Shown: positions 1-11,086 of the stretch, one piece after another
How the letters are laid out: each line of letters opens with the position of its first letter
Position numbering within the stretch: position 1 is the stretch's first letter
The notes under the pieces: generated by a model
Told to the model about the DNA's origin: nothing
What the model saw: only the letters and a program-made list of their open reading frames with translations
Databases searched by the model: none
NCBI GenBank assembly: GCA_963804765.1
Contig: CAWDRQ010000026.1
Location: 39,623 to 103,622, forward strand
Reading direction: 5' to 3'
DNA: 64,000 nucleotides
Origin: an uncultured Acidimicrobiaceae bacterium
GTDB lineage: Bacteria; Actinomycetota; Acidimicrobiia; Acidimicrobiales; Bog-793
Program-made: the position numbers and the translations under genes

Positions 1-2
1 TC

Positions 3-944
3 TCTGCGGGCCCGGGCATCGCTGAAGATCATGCGTGTCGCGGCCATCCGCGCGCCTTCGAGCGGAACGCTCGGCTCCCGGTGCAGGAGCCGGCCTTCGA
101 CGAAGTCCGAGGCGTGCGCAGCGACAAGCGCGACCTGGCGGGGAACCTTGATCGCGGCCCGGGGCAGACCCGTTCCCGCAGCGAGGATGTCCAGGATCTG
201 CCGGAGCTCGAGGTTCTCGCCCCCCAACACGTAGCTGCGTCCCTGGGCGCCCCGCTCGGCCGCGAGCAGGTGCCCGGTGGCGACGTCGTCAACGTCGACG
301 ACGTTCAGCGCCGTGTCGAACCAGCCAGGTATCCGGCCGTTCAAGAAGTCGAGCACCGTCTTGCCGGTCGGTGTCGGCGCCCGGTCGCATGGCCCCAGAG
401 GCAACGTGGGTTGGACGAGGACCACCGGCAGGCCTTCGGCTCCTGCGCGCAGCACCTCGTGTTCGGCCACGTACTTCGACTGCTTGTAAAGCCCGAAAAG
501 GTGGCCGATCCGCGCCCACGCGGTCTCGTCTGCCGCGCAGCCGTTCTCGGTCCCGTCCAAGCCGATGGTGCCGACGGTGCTCGTGTAGACGACCCTTTCA
601 ACCCCCGAGGCTTTGGCCGCGTCGATCACGTTCAAGCTGCCACCGACGTTTACGTCGTAGAAGTCCGCGGCGTTGGGTGCCCAGAACCGGTACACGGCCG
701 CGACGTGAAAGATCATCCGGCATCCACCGGCCGCGGCGAGAACGGCCGGGCCATCGCGCAGATCCGCCACGACGGGCTCGACGGCGAGGCCGTCGAGGTT
801 CGAGCTTGGCACTCCGGGCTGGAGCAGAGCGACGACCTCCACTCCGCGTGCCAGCAGCGCCCGGGTGACAGCCGAGCCAATGAAGCCGCTCGCACCCGTG
901 ACGAGGATCCTGTCGCCCGGTCTGATAGCCGTTGGCGGCTGCAC
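3..944 (-). CDS. hpnA: NAD-dependent epimerase/dehydratase, hopanoid-associated HpnA-like (3' end runs off window)
   Basis: Manual minus-strand translation from GTG 944: MQPPTAIRPGDRILVTGASGFIGSAV (Rossmann motif), FHVAAVYRFW, YKQSK catalytic YxxxK, GPCDRAPTPTG; adjacent to hpnO-like gene. Not in the ORF track because it is open at the edge. Confidence 0.8.
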   Translation of the reverse strand, partial: MQPPTAIRPGDRILVTGASGFIGSAVTRALLARGVEVVALLQPGVPSSNLDGLAVEPVVADLRDGPAVLAAAGGCRMIFHVAAVYRFWAPNAADFYDVNVGGSLNVIDAAKASGVERVVYTSTVGTIGLDGTENGCAADETAWARIGHLFGLYKQSKYVAEHEVLRAGAEGLPVVLVQPTLPLGPCDRAPTPTGKTVLDFLNGRIPGWFDTALNVVDVDDVATGHLLAAERGAQGRSYVLGGENLELRQILDILAAGTGLPRAAIKVPRQVALVAAHASDFVEGRLLHREPSVPLEGARMAATRMIFSDARARR

Positions 945-970
945 GCCCGAGCCGCTCTGGCCCGCCGAGC

Positions 971-2359
971 TCAGGACGGCTCCCGCCGGAGCGCGCTCTT
1001 CGCGAGAGTCCTCCCGAATTCGAACAAGAGGGAGGAATTGCGGTGGGCGTCCTCGAGCACGTCGTCGAGCGCTTCGACGAAGTAGTCCACCTCCTCCTGA
1101 CCGGCGATCAAAGGCGGGAGCAGCTTGACGACGTTCATGTTGTCGCCCGCAACCTGGGTCAGAATCCTGTGTCGATGGAAGAGGGGCCCCACGACCAGCT
1201 GCGAGAACAGCCCCTTGCGGGCGCCCTCCATCATCTTCCAGCGCGACTTCAGCCCAAAAGAGCTCGGCTCGCCAAAGACAAGGCCGATGATCAGGCCCTT
1301 CCCACGCACCTCGTGGAACAGCTCGTACTTCTCGACGAGCGGGGCCAAGCCCTTCATGAAGGCCTCCCCGGTCACTCGAGCCCGATCGACGATGTCCTCG
1401 TCGTCGATCGTCTGCAAAGTGGCGAGCGCGGCCACCATGGCGAGCTGGTTGCGCCCGAACGTCGAGGAATGGACGACAGCGCGCTCCATCTTCGAATAGA
1501 CACGGTCGAAGATCTCCGCCGAGCACATCATCGCCCCGACGGGGATGTAGCCGCCCGACAATGCCTTCGACACAGTGATGATGTCGGGCCGCAGGCCGTA
1601 ATGCTCATGAGCCCAGAGCTTGCCCGTCCTGCCCAGGCCTGTCTGGACCTCGTCGATGACGAGAAGAGTCCCGTGCTTGCGGCACAGCTCCGCGGCGGTC
1701 GCCCAGTACTCGTCCGAAGCGAGATTCACGCCCTTTCCCTGGATGATCTCGAGGACCAGAGCCGCGACGTCGTCACGTTGGAGCTCGCGCTCGAGCGGGC
1801 CGATATCTCCGAAAGGCACCTCGTGGCAGCCCGGCAGCAGCGCGCCGAACCCCTCGCGGAACTCCTTGCCGCCGTTGAGCGACAACGCCCCCAAGCTGAG
1901 GCCGTGAAACGCGTGATCGGCGTGGATGATGCGGGGCCGCTTGGTCGCGTATCTCGAGAACTTGATCGCGGCCTCGATTGCCTCTGCGCCCGAGTTCGAG
2001 AAGAAACATCTCTGGATCCCGTCATGGGTCCTGGCAACCAACGCCTCTGCCAGCAATCCGGGCAGCAGCGCCGCGTCCAGCTGAACCAGGTTCGGGAGGT
2101 CCATGTCCAGCGCCTCGTGCAATGCCTTCTTCAGCACGGGATGCCCGCGGCCGAGAGCGAAGACACCGAATCCCGCTAGGAAGTCGAGATAGCGCTCCCC
2201 GTTCCGGTCGTAGAGGTACGAGCCTTCTCCCCTGACATAGAAGCGATCGAAGCCGAGGGTCTTCAACACCTTCACGAGCTGGGGATTGAGGTACTCACTG
2301 TGGAGGCGGAAATTCTCACCTTGGCGGGCCTCGATCAACGAGCTGAGCTCGAAGGTCAT
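971..2359 (-). CDS. hpnO: Class III PLP aminotransferase, HpnO-like (aminohopanoid synthesis)
   Basis: YLDFLAGFGVFALG, DEVQTGLGRTG, SKALSGG, HSSTFG motifs; N-terminal HSEYLNPQLVKVLKTLGFD typical of HpnO; next to hpnA-like gene. Confidence 0.75.
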   Translation of the reverse strand: MTFELSSLIEARQGENFRLHSEYLNPQLVKVLKTLGFDRFYVRGEGSYLYDRNGERYLDFLAGFGVFALGRGHPVLKKALHEALDMDLPNLVQLDAALLPGLLAEALVARTHDGIQRCFFSNSGAEAIEAAIKFSRYATKRPRIIHADHAFHGLSLGALSLNGGKEFREGFGALLPGCHEVPFGDIGPLERELQRDDVAALVLEIIQGKGVNLASDEYWATAAELCRKHGTLLVIDEVQTGLGRTGKLWAHEHYGLRPDIITVSKALSGGYIPVGAMMCSAEIFDRVYSKMERAVVHSSTFGRNQLAMVAALATLQTIDDEDIVDRARVTGEAFMKGLAPLVEKYELFHEVRGKGLIIGLVFGEPSSFGLKSRWKMMEGARKGLFSQLVVGPLFHRHRILTQVAGDNMNVVKLLPPLIAGQEEVDYFVEALDDVLEDAHRNSSLLFEFGRTLAKSALRREPS

Positions 2360-2416
2360 CGCTATCCTCCTCAGCGGTCACGTTTCGCCAAAGCGTAGTA
2401 GCGATACGCTCGAGTA

Positions 2417-3761
2417 ATGAAAACGACCCAAGATCAGTGCCATATCGCGCCTGATGAGGTCCATGGACGGCTCGCCGATCACATGCTCGTGGACGGCTTC
2501 CCTATCGTGCTCGATCTGGTGAAGAGCCACGGGTGCCGGCTCGTGGATGCCAGGGACAGCACCGAATATCTGGACTTCTACACCTTCTTCGGGTCGTCCC
2601 CCCTCGGGATGAACCCTCCGGGTCTCTTCGACGACCCGACGACGCGGTCCGAGCTCGTCGAGGCCGCTGCGAACAAGCCGGCGAACGCCGAGGTCCCGAC
2701 GGTTCAACTGGCCGAGTTCGTCACCACCTTCGCCCGCGTGCTGGGAGACCCGGCGCTGCCCCATCTGTTCCTCATCGAGGGCGGCGCGCTCGCTGTCGAG
2801 AACGCCCTCAAGTGCGCGTTCGACTGGAAGTCGCGGCGCAACGAGGCCGCGGGACGCTCGGGGGAGCTCGGTACTCGAGTCCTTCACTTGAGGCACGCCT
2901 TCCACGGCCGCAGCGGCTACACGCTCTCGCTGACCAATACCGACCCGGTCAAGACCGACCGCTTCCCGAAGTTCGACTGGCCACGGATTTCGTCTCCCGC
3001 AGTGCGGTTCCCGCTGGAGCTCCACCGGGCCGAGGTCGAGGCCGCCGAGGAGTCGGCCGTCGCCGAAGCTGAGGCCGCGTTCGAGGCGTACCCGCACGAC
3101 ATCGCCTGTTTCATCGCCGAACCCATTCAATGCGAGGGCGGCGACCGCCATCTACGGTCCGAGTTCCTGCTCGCCGTCCAGAACCTGTGCCATCGCTACG
3201 ACGCCCTCTTCGTGCTCGACGAGGTGCAGACGGGAGCGGGGTCGACAGGCACGCCGTGGTGTTACCAGCAGCTCGGACTCTCTCCAGATCTCGTCGCGTT
3301 CGGCAAGAAGGTCCAACTCGGGGGCGTCATGGCCGGCCGGCGCGTGGACGAGGTCGACCAGAACGTCTTTTGCACCTCGGGACGGATCGATTCGACCTGG
3401 GGCGGCAATCTCGCCGACATGGTGCGCTCCCGGCGACTGTTGGAGCTCGTCGAACAGACCGGTGCGATCGCGAACGCCGCAAGCGTCGGCCAGCATCTCC
3501 TCTCGAGGTTGGTGGATCTCGAGCACACCTGGCCGCAGGCCGTGTCCAACGCCCACGGGCGCGGCTTCATCGCCGCGATCGACCTTGTCACACCGCGAGC
3601 TGCGAAACTCTGTGCTCACCACTCTCTGGCGTGAAGAGCACGTCGTAGCCTTCGGCTGCGGCGAGCGCTCGCTCCGGCTCCGGCCGGCGTTGTCGATGAC
3701 ATCCGACGAGGTCGATGCCGGCTGCGACGCCCTGAAGCGAGTCGTCGGGCGGCTGGGCTAG
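2417..3761 (+). CDS. lat: L-lysine 6-transaminase (one frameshift near 3595, probably a sequencing error)
   Basis: HMLVDGFPIVLDL, GGALAVENALKCAFDWK, KFDWPRI, EPIQCEGGD, FGKK, STWGGNL; C-terminus (CGERSLRLRPAL) continues in another frame to stop 3761. Confidence 0.88.
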
Positions 3762-5440
3762 TTCGGCTTGGGAAGCTTCGAAGTGCCCGTGTAGGGCACG
3801 TTCATCGCCCCGATCGCGTCGAGGTCCACTTCCACTAGGCAAGGCCCCCGTTCCCCGAGCGCTCGCCTGACTGCGCTCGCGTAGTCGCCGATGGATTCGA
3901 CCCGCTCGGCTCGGACCCCGAACGCCGCCGCGAGGCCACAGAAGTCTGGGCGCCCCAGGTCGACGCCGATGAGGCCTTCCCGACCCCCGTACTGGCTTTC
4001 TTGGATGTTGCGGAGTATCCCGTAGCCACCGTCCACGAAGACGAGGACCACTATCGGAAGCTCCTCGTGCGCGACAGTCGCGAGCTCGGTCGCCGAGAGG
4101 AGAAAACCGCCGTCTCCGACGAGAAGCACGACCGGTGGCACCTGCGAACCGACGGCGGCGCCGAGTGCATGCGGCAGCCCGAGCCCGATCGCGAAACTGT
4201 TCGGCATGATCGAGGTGCGAGGCCGCAGCACGGGCAACAGTCGGTTGCCCCACGTGTAGGCGGAGATGGTCGAGTCCTTCACGACGACGGTGCCGGGATC
4301 CAGGCAGCGGGCCAACTCGTCGAGGAGACCGACCTGAGGCCCGAGCATGCCCCGCAGCCGCTCCCGGGCGGACCTCGTAGCGGCTGCCACACGGTCGACC
4401 CACCCGGGCTGGGCAAGAGCCGGCGGTGCCTCGACGCGGTCGAGCTCTTCCAGCAATGCTGCGGCGGACAGCTTCGCGTCGCCGACGATCGCGGCCTCCA
4501 CCGGGTAATTCCGGCCTGGCACGGTGGGGTCGACGTCCAATTGCACGAGCCGCGCGGGTAGCTGCATCTCCCAGTTCTCCGTGTTCGGCCCCTGAAAGCG
4601 CGTCCCGATCGCCACGAGCAGGTCCGCCTCGCGGCACAGGGCTCTGACGTCGGGGTCCCATGAGAGGTTGCCGATGCATGAAGGATCGTCCTCGGGAACT
4701 ACCCCACGCCCGTTCGGGCTCGTCAGCAGTCCGGCACCCAGGCGGCGCACGAGCAGCTGCACCTCGTCGAATGCGCCCGACGCGCTGACTCCGCCGCCCG
4801 CCCACACGAGGGGCCGCCGGGACCCGGCGATGATCTCGGCCGCGCGGGCGACCTCGCCACCGTCGGGCTTGTTCCCGGACGCGCGCAAGGTGGTCTGTTG
4901 GATCGGGTCGCGCTCCAGCACCGTCGAGGCATACTGGAAATCGATCGGTATCTCCACCGATACCGGCCCGCGACGGCACGTCATCGCGTCCACCACCGCT
5001 TGCGCGACCGTGGCGCCGATGCCCTCGGCCGAGGGCGGTCGATGACTGGCCTTCGAGAGCCGCGCCATCATGCCGAGCTGGTCCGGGACTTCGTGGATGA
5101 AGCCCCGGCGCTTGTCCAGGAACCGGCTGTCGATCTGGCCCGTCAGGTGCAGGACAGGCGAGGACGACAAGCAGGCCTCGAGCTGGCCGCCCATGGCGTT
5201 CGCCGCTCCTGGACCGGTCGAGGTCAGGCACACACCGAGCCGGCCGGTCGTCCACGCGAACCCGTCGGCTGCACCAACGGCACCTTGCTCGTGGCGGACG
5301 CTGATCGCGCGAATCCGACCGTCACGCCTGATCGCGTCGTAGATCGGGAGATTGTGGACACTCGGTATGCCGAAGACGACGTCGACTCCCGAACGCGCGA
5401 GCACCTCCACTACGACGTCGCCGCCTGTCCGATTTGTCAT
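3758..5440 (-). CDS. Thiamine pyrophosphate-binding enzyme (acetolactate synthase-like family)
   Basis: VFGIPSVHNL, RHEQGAVGAADG, TSTGPGAAN, GDGGF ThDP motif; start ATG 5440 with upstream GAGGA. Confidence 0.85.
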   Translation of the reverse strand: MTNRTGGDVVVEVLARSGVDVVFGIPSVHNLPIYDAIRRDGRIRAISVRHEQGAVGAADGFAWTTGRLGVCLTSTGPGAANAMGGQLEACLSSSPVLHLTGQIDSRFLDKRRGFIHEVPDQLGMMARLSKASHRPPSAEGIGATVAQAVVDAMTCRRGPVSVEIPIDFQYASTVLERDPIQQTTLRASGNKPDGGEVARAAEIIAGSRRPLVWAGGGVSASGAFDEVQLLVRRLGAGLLTSPNGRGVVPEDDPSCIGNLSWDPDVRALCREADLLVAIGTRFQGPNTENWEMQLPARLVQLDVDPTVPGRNYPVEAAIVGDAKLSAAALLEELDRVEAPPALAQPGWVDRVAAATRSARERLRGMLGPQVGLLDELARCLDPGTVVVKDSTISAYTWGNRLLPVLRPRTSIMPNSFAIGLGLPHALGAAVGSQVPPVVLLVGDGGFLLSATELATVAHEELPIVVLVFVDGGYGILRNIQESQYGGREGLIGVDLGRPDFCGLAAAFGVRAERVESIGDYASAVRRALGERGPCLVEVDLDAIGAMNVPYTGTSKLPKPN

Positions 5441-5510
5441 CTCAGTCCTGTCCTCAGATTCGTGCAGGTAGGGATCCCAGCTGGCGATACAACCCCCAGG
5501 TAGCCTCGCT

Positions 5511-6848
5511 TTGATGGACCATCGCTCCAGTGCTCCCGATTTCAGTTTCGTCCATGCGGCGGACCTGCATCTCGATACGCCGTTCAAGGGCATCGGTTCG
5601 ACGGCTCCACACGTGGCCGAACAGCTTCGCGAAGCCTCTCTCGCGGCGTTCGACTCCCTCGTCGACCTGTGCCTGGAGCGGCGCGTGGCCTTCCTCGTGG
5701 TCGCCGGCGACATCTACGACGGACCCGAGCGCGGGCTTCGGGCACAGTTGCGCTTCCGCGATGGCCTCGCCCGCCTGTCGGCCGCGGGCATCGCCAGCTT
5801 CGTCGTCCACGGCAACCACGACCCGGTCGAGACGGGGTGGTCCGCTCTCGGTGGTCCATGGCCCGAGCGCGTCACTGTCTTCGGCACCGGAACCGTCGAG
5901 GCGGTACCCGTCGAGATCGACGGGATCGTTCTGGCGACCGTGCAAGGCATCAGTTTCGCCCAGCGCAGCGAACGCGAGAATCTGGCACTGGGGTTCGCTC
6001 GAAGCGCCGGGCCCGGTGTCCAAGTCGGCGTTCTTCATTGCAACGTACAAGGCGCGGCCGCCGGTTACGACGACTACAGCCCGTGCACGCTCGACGACTT
6101 GCGGGGCATCGGCCTCGACTACTGGGCGCTCGGCCACGTTCACACTCGCATGATCCTCTCGGGCCGCGGGGGCTCTGACGAGCCCTGGGTGGTCTACCCC
6201 GGCAACCTCCAGGCTCGCAGCCCCAAGCCGAGCGAGCGAGGACCGAAAGGTGCGGTGGTGGTTCACGTCAGCGGAGGCCGTGTCGCAGACGTCGAGCCGG
6301 TCGGCTGCGACGTCGTGCGCTTCGATCTCGTCGAGCTCGACACATGCCATCTCGCCGATCTCGCCGAGGTGCGCGCCCAACTCGTCAGCGCCTCGCGGGA
6401 TCGGCTCGCGTCTGCTGACGGACGCTCACTGGTGCTCCGCGGACGGCTTGTCGGCCATAGTGAGCTGCACTTTGACCTCCGGCGCCCCGGAACGCTGGAG
6501 GACCTGCTGATCGCGCTGCGCGACGACTTCGCCGAGGACCAGCCCTTCTGCTGGTGGGACGCCATCGACGACCGGTCGCGCCCGCCGGTAGACCTCGCCG
6601 TGGCCCGGGCCGGATCGGACTTCGCCGCCGATCTCGTCGCGCTTGCCGACCAGCTCGGTCTGGACCTCGCAACAGATGACGGCGCGGTGGACGACCTCGC
6701 GGCTCAGCTGTCCGAGGGGCTCCCCGGACCACTGAGGACACGACGCGCCCTCGAGCGACTACTGAAGTCGCCGAGCTTGCCACCACTCGAGCTCATCGAT
6801 CGGGCCCTCGTGCTCGCGCTCGGCGAGCTCGAAGGCGACAGGCGCTGA
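5511..6848 (+). CDS. Mre11/SbcD-type metallophosphoesterase nuclease (YhaO-like)
   Basis: HAADLHLD, AGDIYD, GNHD, LH, YWALGHVH, YPGNLQ motifs. Confidence 0.9.
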   Translation: MMDHRSSAPDFSFVHAADLHLDTPFKGIGSTAPHVAEQLREASLAAFDSLVDLCLERRVAFLVVAGDIYDGPERGLRAQLRFRDGLARLSAAGIASFVVHGNHDPVETGWSALGGPWPERVTVFGTGTVEAVPVEIDGIVLATVQGISFAQRSERENLALGFARSAGPGVQVGVLHCNVQGAAAGYDDYSPCTLDDLRGIGLDYWALGHVHTRMILSGRGGSDEPWVVYPGNLQARSPKPSERGPKGAVVVHVSGGRVADVEPVGCDVVRFDLVELDTCHLADLAEVRAQLVSASRDRLASADGRSLVLRGRLVGHSELHFDLRRPGTLEDLLIALRDDFAEDQPFCWWDAIDDRSRPPVDLAVARAGSDFAADLVALADQLGLDLATDDGAVDDLAAQLSEGLPGPLRTRRALERLLKSPSLPPLELIDRALVLALGELEGDRR

Positions 6849-6863
6849 GGCGGGCCCGACGCC

Positions 6864-9690
6864 ATGCGAATCGCAGGCTTCCACATCGACGGCTTCGGAG
6901 CTCTGGCCGACCTCCGGATCGACGACCTCTCCCCTGGCCTTGTGATCGTGAGCGGGCCGAACGAAGCCGGCAAGTCGACGCTGCTCGACTTCCTCACCGC
7001 AATGCTGTTCGGCTTTCCCGGCCGTCGCGACGATCCCAGATTCCGCGCACCTGTCCGGGGCGGACGCCACGGTGGCCAACTCTCATTGGCCGAAGGCGGT
7101 GGCAACGAATCGGAGAAGGACCGCCAATGGCTGATCGAGCGTTACGCCGGCCCGCACAGGCTCGTCAACATCCGGCGACCCGATGGAGCTTCGGCATCCG
7201 AAGAGGACCTCCGCAGGGCACTCGGCGGCGCGGACGAAGCCCTGTTCCGCGCCGTGTTCGCCGTCGATCTGACCGAGCTCGGAAGCGCAGAGGCCGTAAC
7301 CAGAGACGATGTGAGAGAGCTGCTCTTCTCCGCCAGCATCGTCGGCCAACGCCGGTCCGCGGCCCGGGCGATGGGCGACCTTCAAAGGCAGCGCCTGGAG
7401 CTGGCTCGCTTGAGGCAGGGTGACGCTCCGGCCAACCGTCTGCTGGCGGACCTCGAGAATGTTCGTCGCAGTCTCACTGAAGCAAGCCGCGAAGCCCTCG
7501 GCTATCCCGCACGGAGTGCTGAGCTGTTGCGGCTGGAAAGCGATGTAGCCCGGGCACGCGAGGAGGTCGATCGAAACGAACGCCGGACGCGGGACCTCGA
7601 CTTGCTGGTCCGGCTGTGGGACGTGCTCGAGCGCAAGCGAGGGGCAGAGCAGCGACTTGCTTGCTGGGAGGAGCCCGACCCGCTCGCAGCATGGCTCGAG
7701 ACGCAAGCCAGCGAGCTCCAGTCGCTCAGATCCGCGTGCTCCGGGCACCTCGCGCGTGTGGGCCAGCTTGATGACCTGCGCAACCAACGTTGCGGGATCG
7801 AGCTGTCCATTCAAGCCGCGATGGGTGCGCTCGGCCCCGCGTGGGACCGCGACCGCGTTCGCACCAGTGATGGCTGGATCGGTCTCTTGGATGAGGGGCG
7901 GCGCTTTCGAGTCTCGCTCGGAGAGCTCGAGGCGAGTTGGCGCACGGCCGCCGCCCTGGCGCAGGACGCGGACGCCGCCCCGGAGCTCGCCGGCGTTGCG
8001 GACCCGGATGGCGCTGCGACCGCTCCGGCCGCCCCTGGGCCACGACAGGCGGAGCCTGAGCTGCAGGCGAGGCTGGTGAGCGAGCTACGCAAGAATCTCG
8101 CCGAGCAACGCCTGCTGAACGCGGAACGACAAGCGAGCGGCCGCCGAGCAGGTACCTCCGCTGGCGCGCTCTGGGGGGCCAGCGGCGCCTTGATCGCGCT
8201 TGTGGCCTTCGCCATCGTCGCGCTCTCAGTCGTGGCAGCCCTTGCACGAGGTGTGCCGGCGCTGCGCATTCTCTGCGCCGTGCTCGCCGCTGGCGGGTGC
8301 GTGCTCCTGGTCGTCGCGATCGCGATACGGCGCCGGCTGTTGGTCACAGCGCCCGCGGACGGGACCGGCATGGAGACGACCGGCGAACGCGTCGTCGCAC
8401 GTGTGGCCGAGCTCGCAACCGCGCTCGGCCTGCCCAGCACGCCGAGCGATTCCGACATCGAGACGGCCGCAGAAGCCATTGAAGCTGCTCGCGCCCTCGA
8501 GCGATCACTCCAGGACGAGCGCCGGCGGACCACCGCGGCACTGCAACGGCATGAGGCTGCCCACGAGTCACTGGAGCGAGCATCGGACAGGCTCGAGGCC
8601 GAGCGCGCCATGTTCGGCGCGTGGAAAGTGGGGCACGGGCTCGCGCCGGCGCTGTCACCTGACGGTGTCCTCGAGAGCCTCACCACGCTTCAGGCGGCTT
8701 GGAAGGACCTCGCCGCGCTTGATCGCGTCGATGCCAAGATCGACCAACTGCGCGCGGAGGTCTCTGAGTTCGACGCTCGCCTCGACAGGCTCGCAGCGGG
8801 ACTTCGCGAGCTCGGCGGTCACGGCAGGTCGCTCGAAGCCGACCCGGCAGGCGCCCTCGACGGACTGTGCGCCTCGCTCGAGGAAGTGGCCGAACTTCGA
8901 GCGACAAGGGCTTTTCTGCTACAGGCGGTCGAAGAGGCCGGCGCCGAGCTCGAGCGCTCGTTCGGTCTCGGCCCGCACGCTCAACAGTTGAGGGCCGAGC
9001 TCGAGACCGGAGAGGTGCTCGCCTGGAACGAGGAGCAAGCGGGGCTCGCGCCCGCGGTCGGAGGCTCGCCATCGTCTGGAGCAGCTGGTGCGAGCGCATC
9101 AGGACGCATCGAAGGAGCTGCGCGACGTTGCCGGCTCGGCCCGGGTCGCCCAGCTCGAGCAGACGCGACTCGCGCTGGAGCAGGATCTCGACGGGGTGCT
9201 CAGGTCCTGGGCCGTCCTCGGATGTGCCCGGCTTCTCCTCGAGCGGACACTGAGGCGCCACGAGCAGGAACATCAGCCCGCTGTGCTCGCTCGTGCGGGT
9301 GACCGCTTCGCGAAGGTGACCGAGGGTCGCTACACGCGCTTGCTTCCTTCTGTCGGAGACGAAGGTGGCCGCGAAGCCATCAGGGTGCTCTCCTGGTCTG
9401 GAGCCGAGATCGACGCCAGCAACCTGAGCCGTGGGAGCATCGAACAGCTGTACCTCTGCTTGCGACTCGGACTCGCGGAGACCTTTGCCGAACGCTCCGA
9501 GGCCCTCCCGCTCATCCTCGACGACGTGTTGGTGAACTTCGATCCAGGGCGCGCGATGTCGGTCGCGGAGGCGCTCGCGGAGACTGCCGAGCACCATCAG
9601 GTGCTGTTCATGACCTGCCACCCCCACCTTGAGGAGCTCGTTCGAAGCGTGGCACCACGAGCCCAGGTCGTGCACCTGGAGAGGATCTGA
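6864..9690 (+). CDS. YhaN-like SMC/ABC-type ATPase with coiled coils and central transmembrane segments (frameshift near 9050-9090)
   Basis: N-terminal IDGFG and Walker A GPNEAGKST; C-terminal LSRGSIEQLYLCLRL, LILDDVLVNFD, QVLFMTCH in the 9088-9690 frame; hydrophobic stretch near 8170-8330. Confidence 0.88.
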
Positions 9691-9776
9691 ACACCGACAG
9701 CGGGTCACGCCACTTCGGCCGGCAGACCAGCCGGCGGTGCGACCGCTTGCCTCGCTGGAGCTGTCTCGTCTTCGGC

Positions 9777-11034
9777 TCAGAAGTTCGTCGTGCAGAACGG
9801 CGAGCGCCGAGCCGCGAACATCCGGTCGGCGCGTCGCGCCGCCCCCTCGGTGAACTCCGCAATTCGCCCGACCTCTGCCATGCCGACGAACGGGACGCCT
9901 CCGAGGTACAAAGCCCCTAGCGCTTCTACCGGGAGGCCGAGGTCGGGCGCGGCTTGGACGCGCTCTACGGTGCCAACCCCTTCGCCGTCGACTGCAAGGC
10001 GGAAACGTCCGTCGTTCCACCCGCAGAACCGATCCTTCACCTCGATGACGAGGGCGTCCTCCTGCTCATAGCGGCGCCGGGCGAGCGCGCGGGACGTCGA
10101 CGAGGCGGACCCAGGTGCGATCGCCCCAGCTCGTCGTGCGAAGGTGCCGTTGGTCCTCGAGGAGGTACCGCAAAGGCTCGTCGACCGGTCGGCCGCGGGT
10201 GCGCAGCTCCTCGGTGAGGTCGATGCCGAGCAGGTACCGCCACAAGGACGTATAGCTCCCCTGGCCCAGCGAGCACAACTCCTCTAGGAACACAGCGCGG
10301 CGCCAGTGGTCAGAAGGGTCCATCGGGCCCACGCGGTACACGGCGTAGCCGTCGATGCGACCTGCTTGCTCGTAACACACACAGAAACGGTGTCTCGCGT
10401 CCTCGCCTGCACCGTTCGGGTTCCCCAGCAGTTCTGCCCATTCCCCGTGCGGGCGATCGAGCTCACCGACCCGGGTCGGCACATAAGCGCCGTGGACGGC
10501 GGGAAATGCCTCGGCCGCCTGAGCCGGCTCGATGAGCCGGACCGAGCCCGAGCCGCCACTCGAGCTCGAGCCGCACGGTGTTGCGAACGGCGTCAGCAGC
10601 CGGACGCGCCGCTTGTCGACCACGTAGCGTGCGCCGAATGTCGCGGGGCCGTAGCCGTAGCGTCCGTAGATCCCTCCCTCGCTGGCAAAGAGCACTGCCA
10701 CGGCCTCATTGCTCGAACGCAGATCGTCGAGCTGGCGACGCATCATCGAGGTGAGCATCCCGCGGCGGCGATGCGTCGGGGCCACCGAGACGTCTGTGAC
10801 GGCCGCGACCTCGTACCTGACCAGGCCCGGCAGCGTCATGGCGACCGCGTACGAACTGGCCGTGGCGACGAGGTCCCCGCCGTCGAAGACCGCGAGCGAT
10901 CGGTCGAGCTGTAGCTCGCCCGCCAAGGTCTCGAGCTTGCCCGGCGTGTAGCGGCCGCCGAACGCCGACGCCTGGCAAGACGCGAAGGCGTAGATCTCGT
11001 GTTCGTCAATTGGTCGAAGCTCGAAGTCGGTCAT
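9777..11034 (-). CDS. Eis-like GNAT acetyltransferase with C-terminal SCP domain (frameshift near 10085)
   Basis: VTDVSVAPTHRRRG, LFASEGGIYGRYGYG, WVRLVDVP; C-terminal WNDGRFRL and LGALYLGG in second frame. Confidence 0.85.
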
Positions 11035-11086
11035 CTTGGGGACGGCTTTCGCCTTGGGCGCGCGTCTGTGCACGACCGTCAGCTGC

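Noticed and set aside
9691-9776. Imperfect inverted repeat between the convergent yhaN-like and eis-like genes
   Set aside because: Could be a bidirectional terminator, but pairing is imperfect and unremarkable at this GC content.
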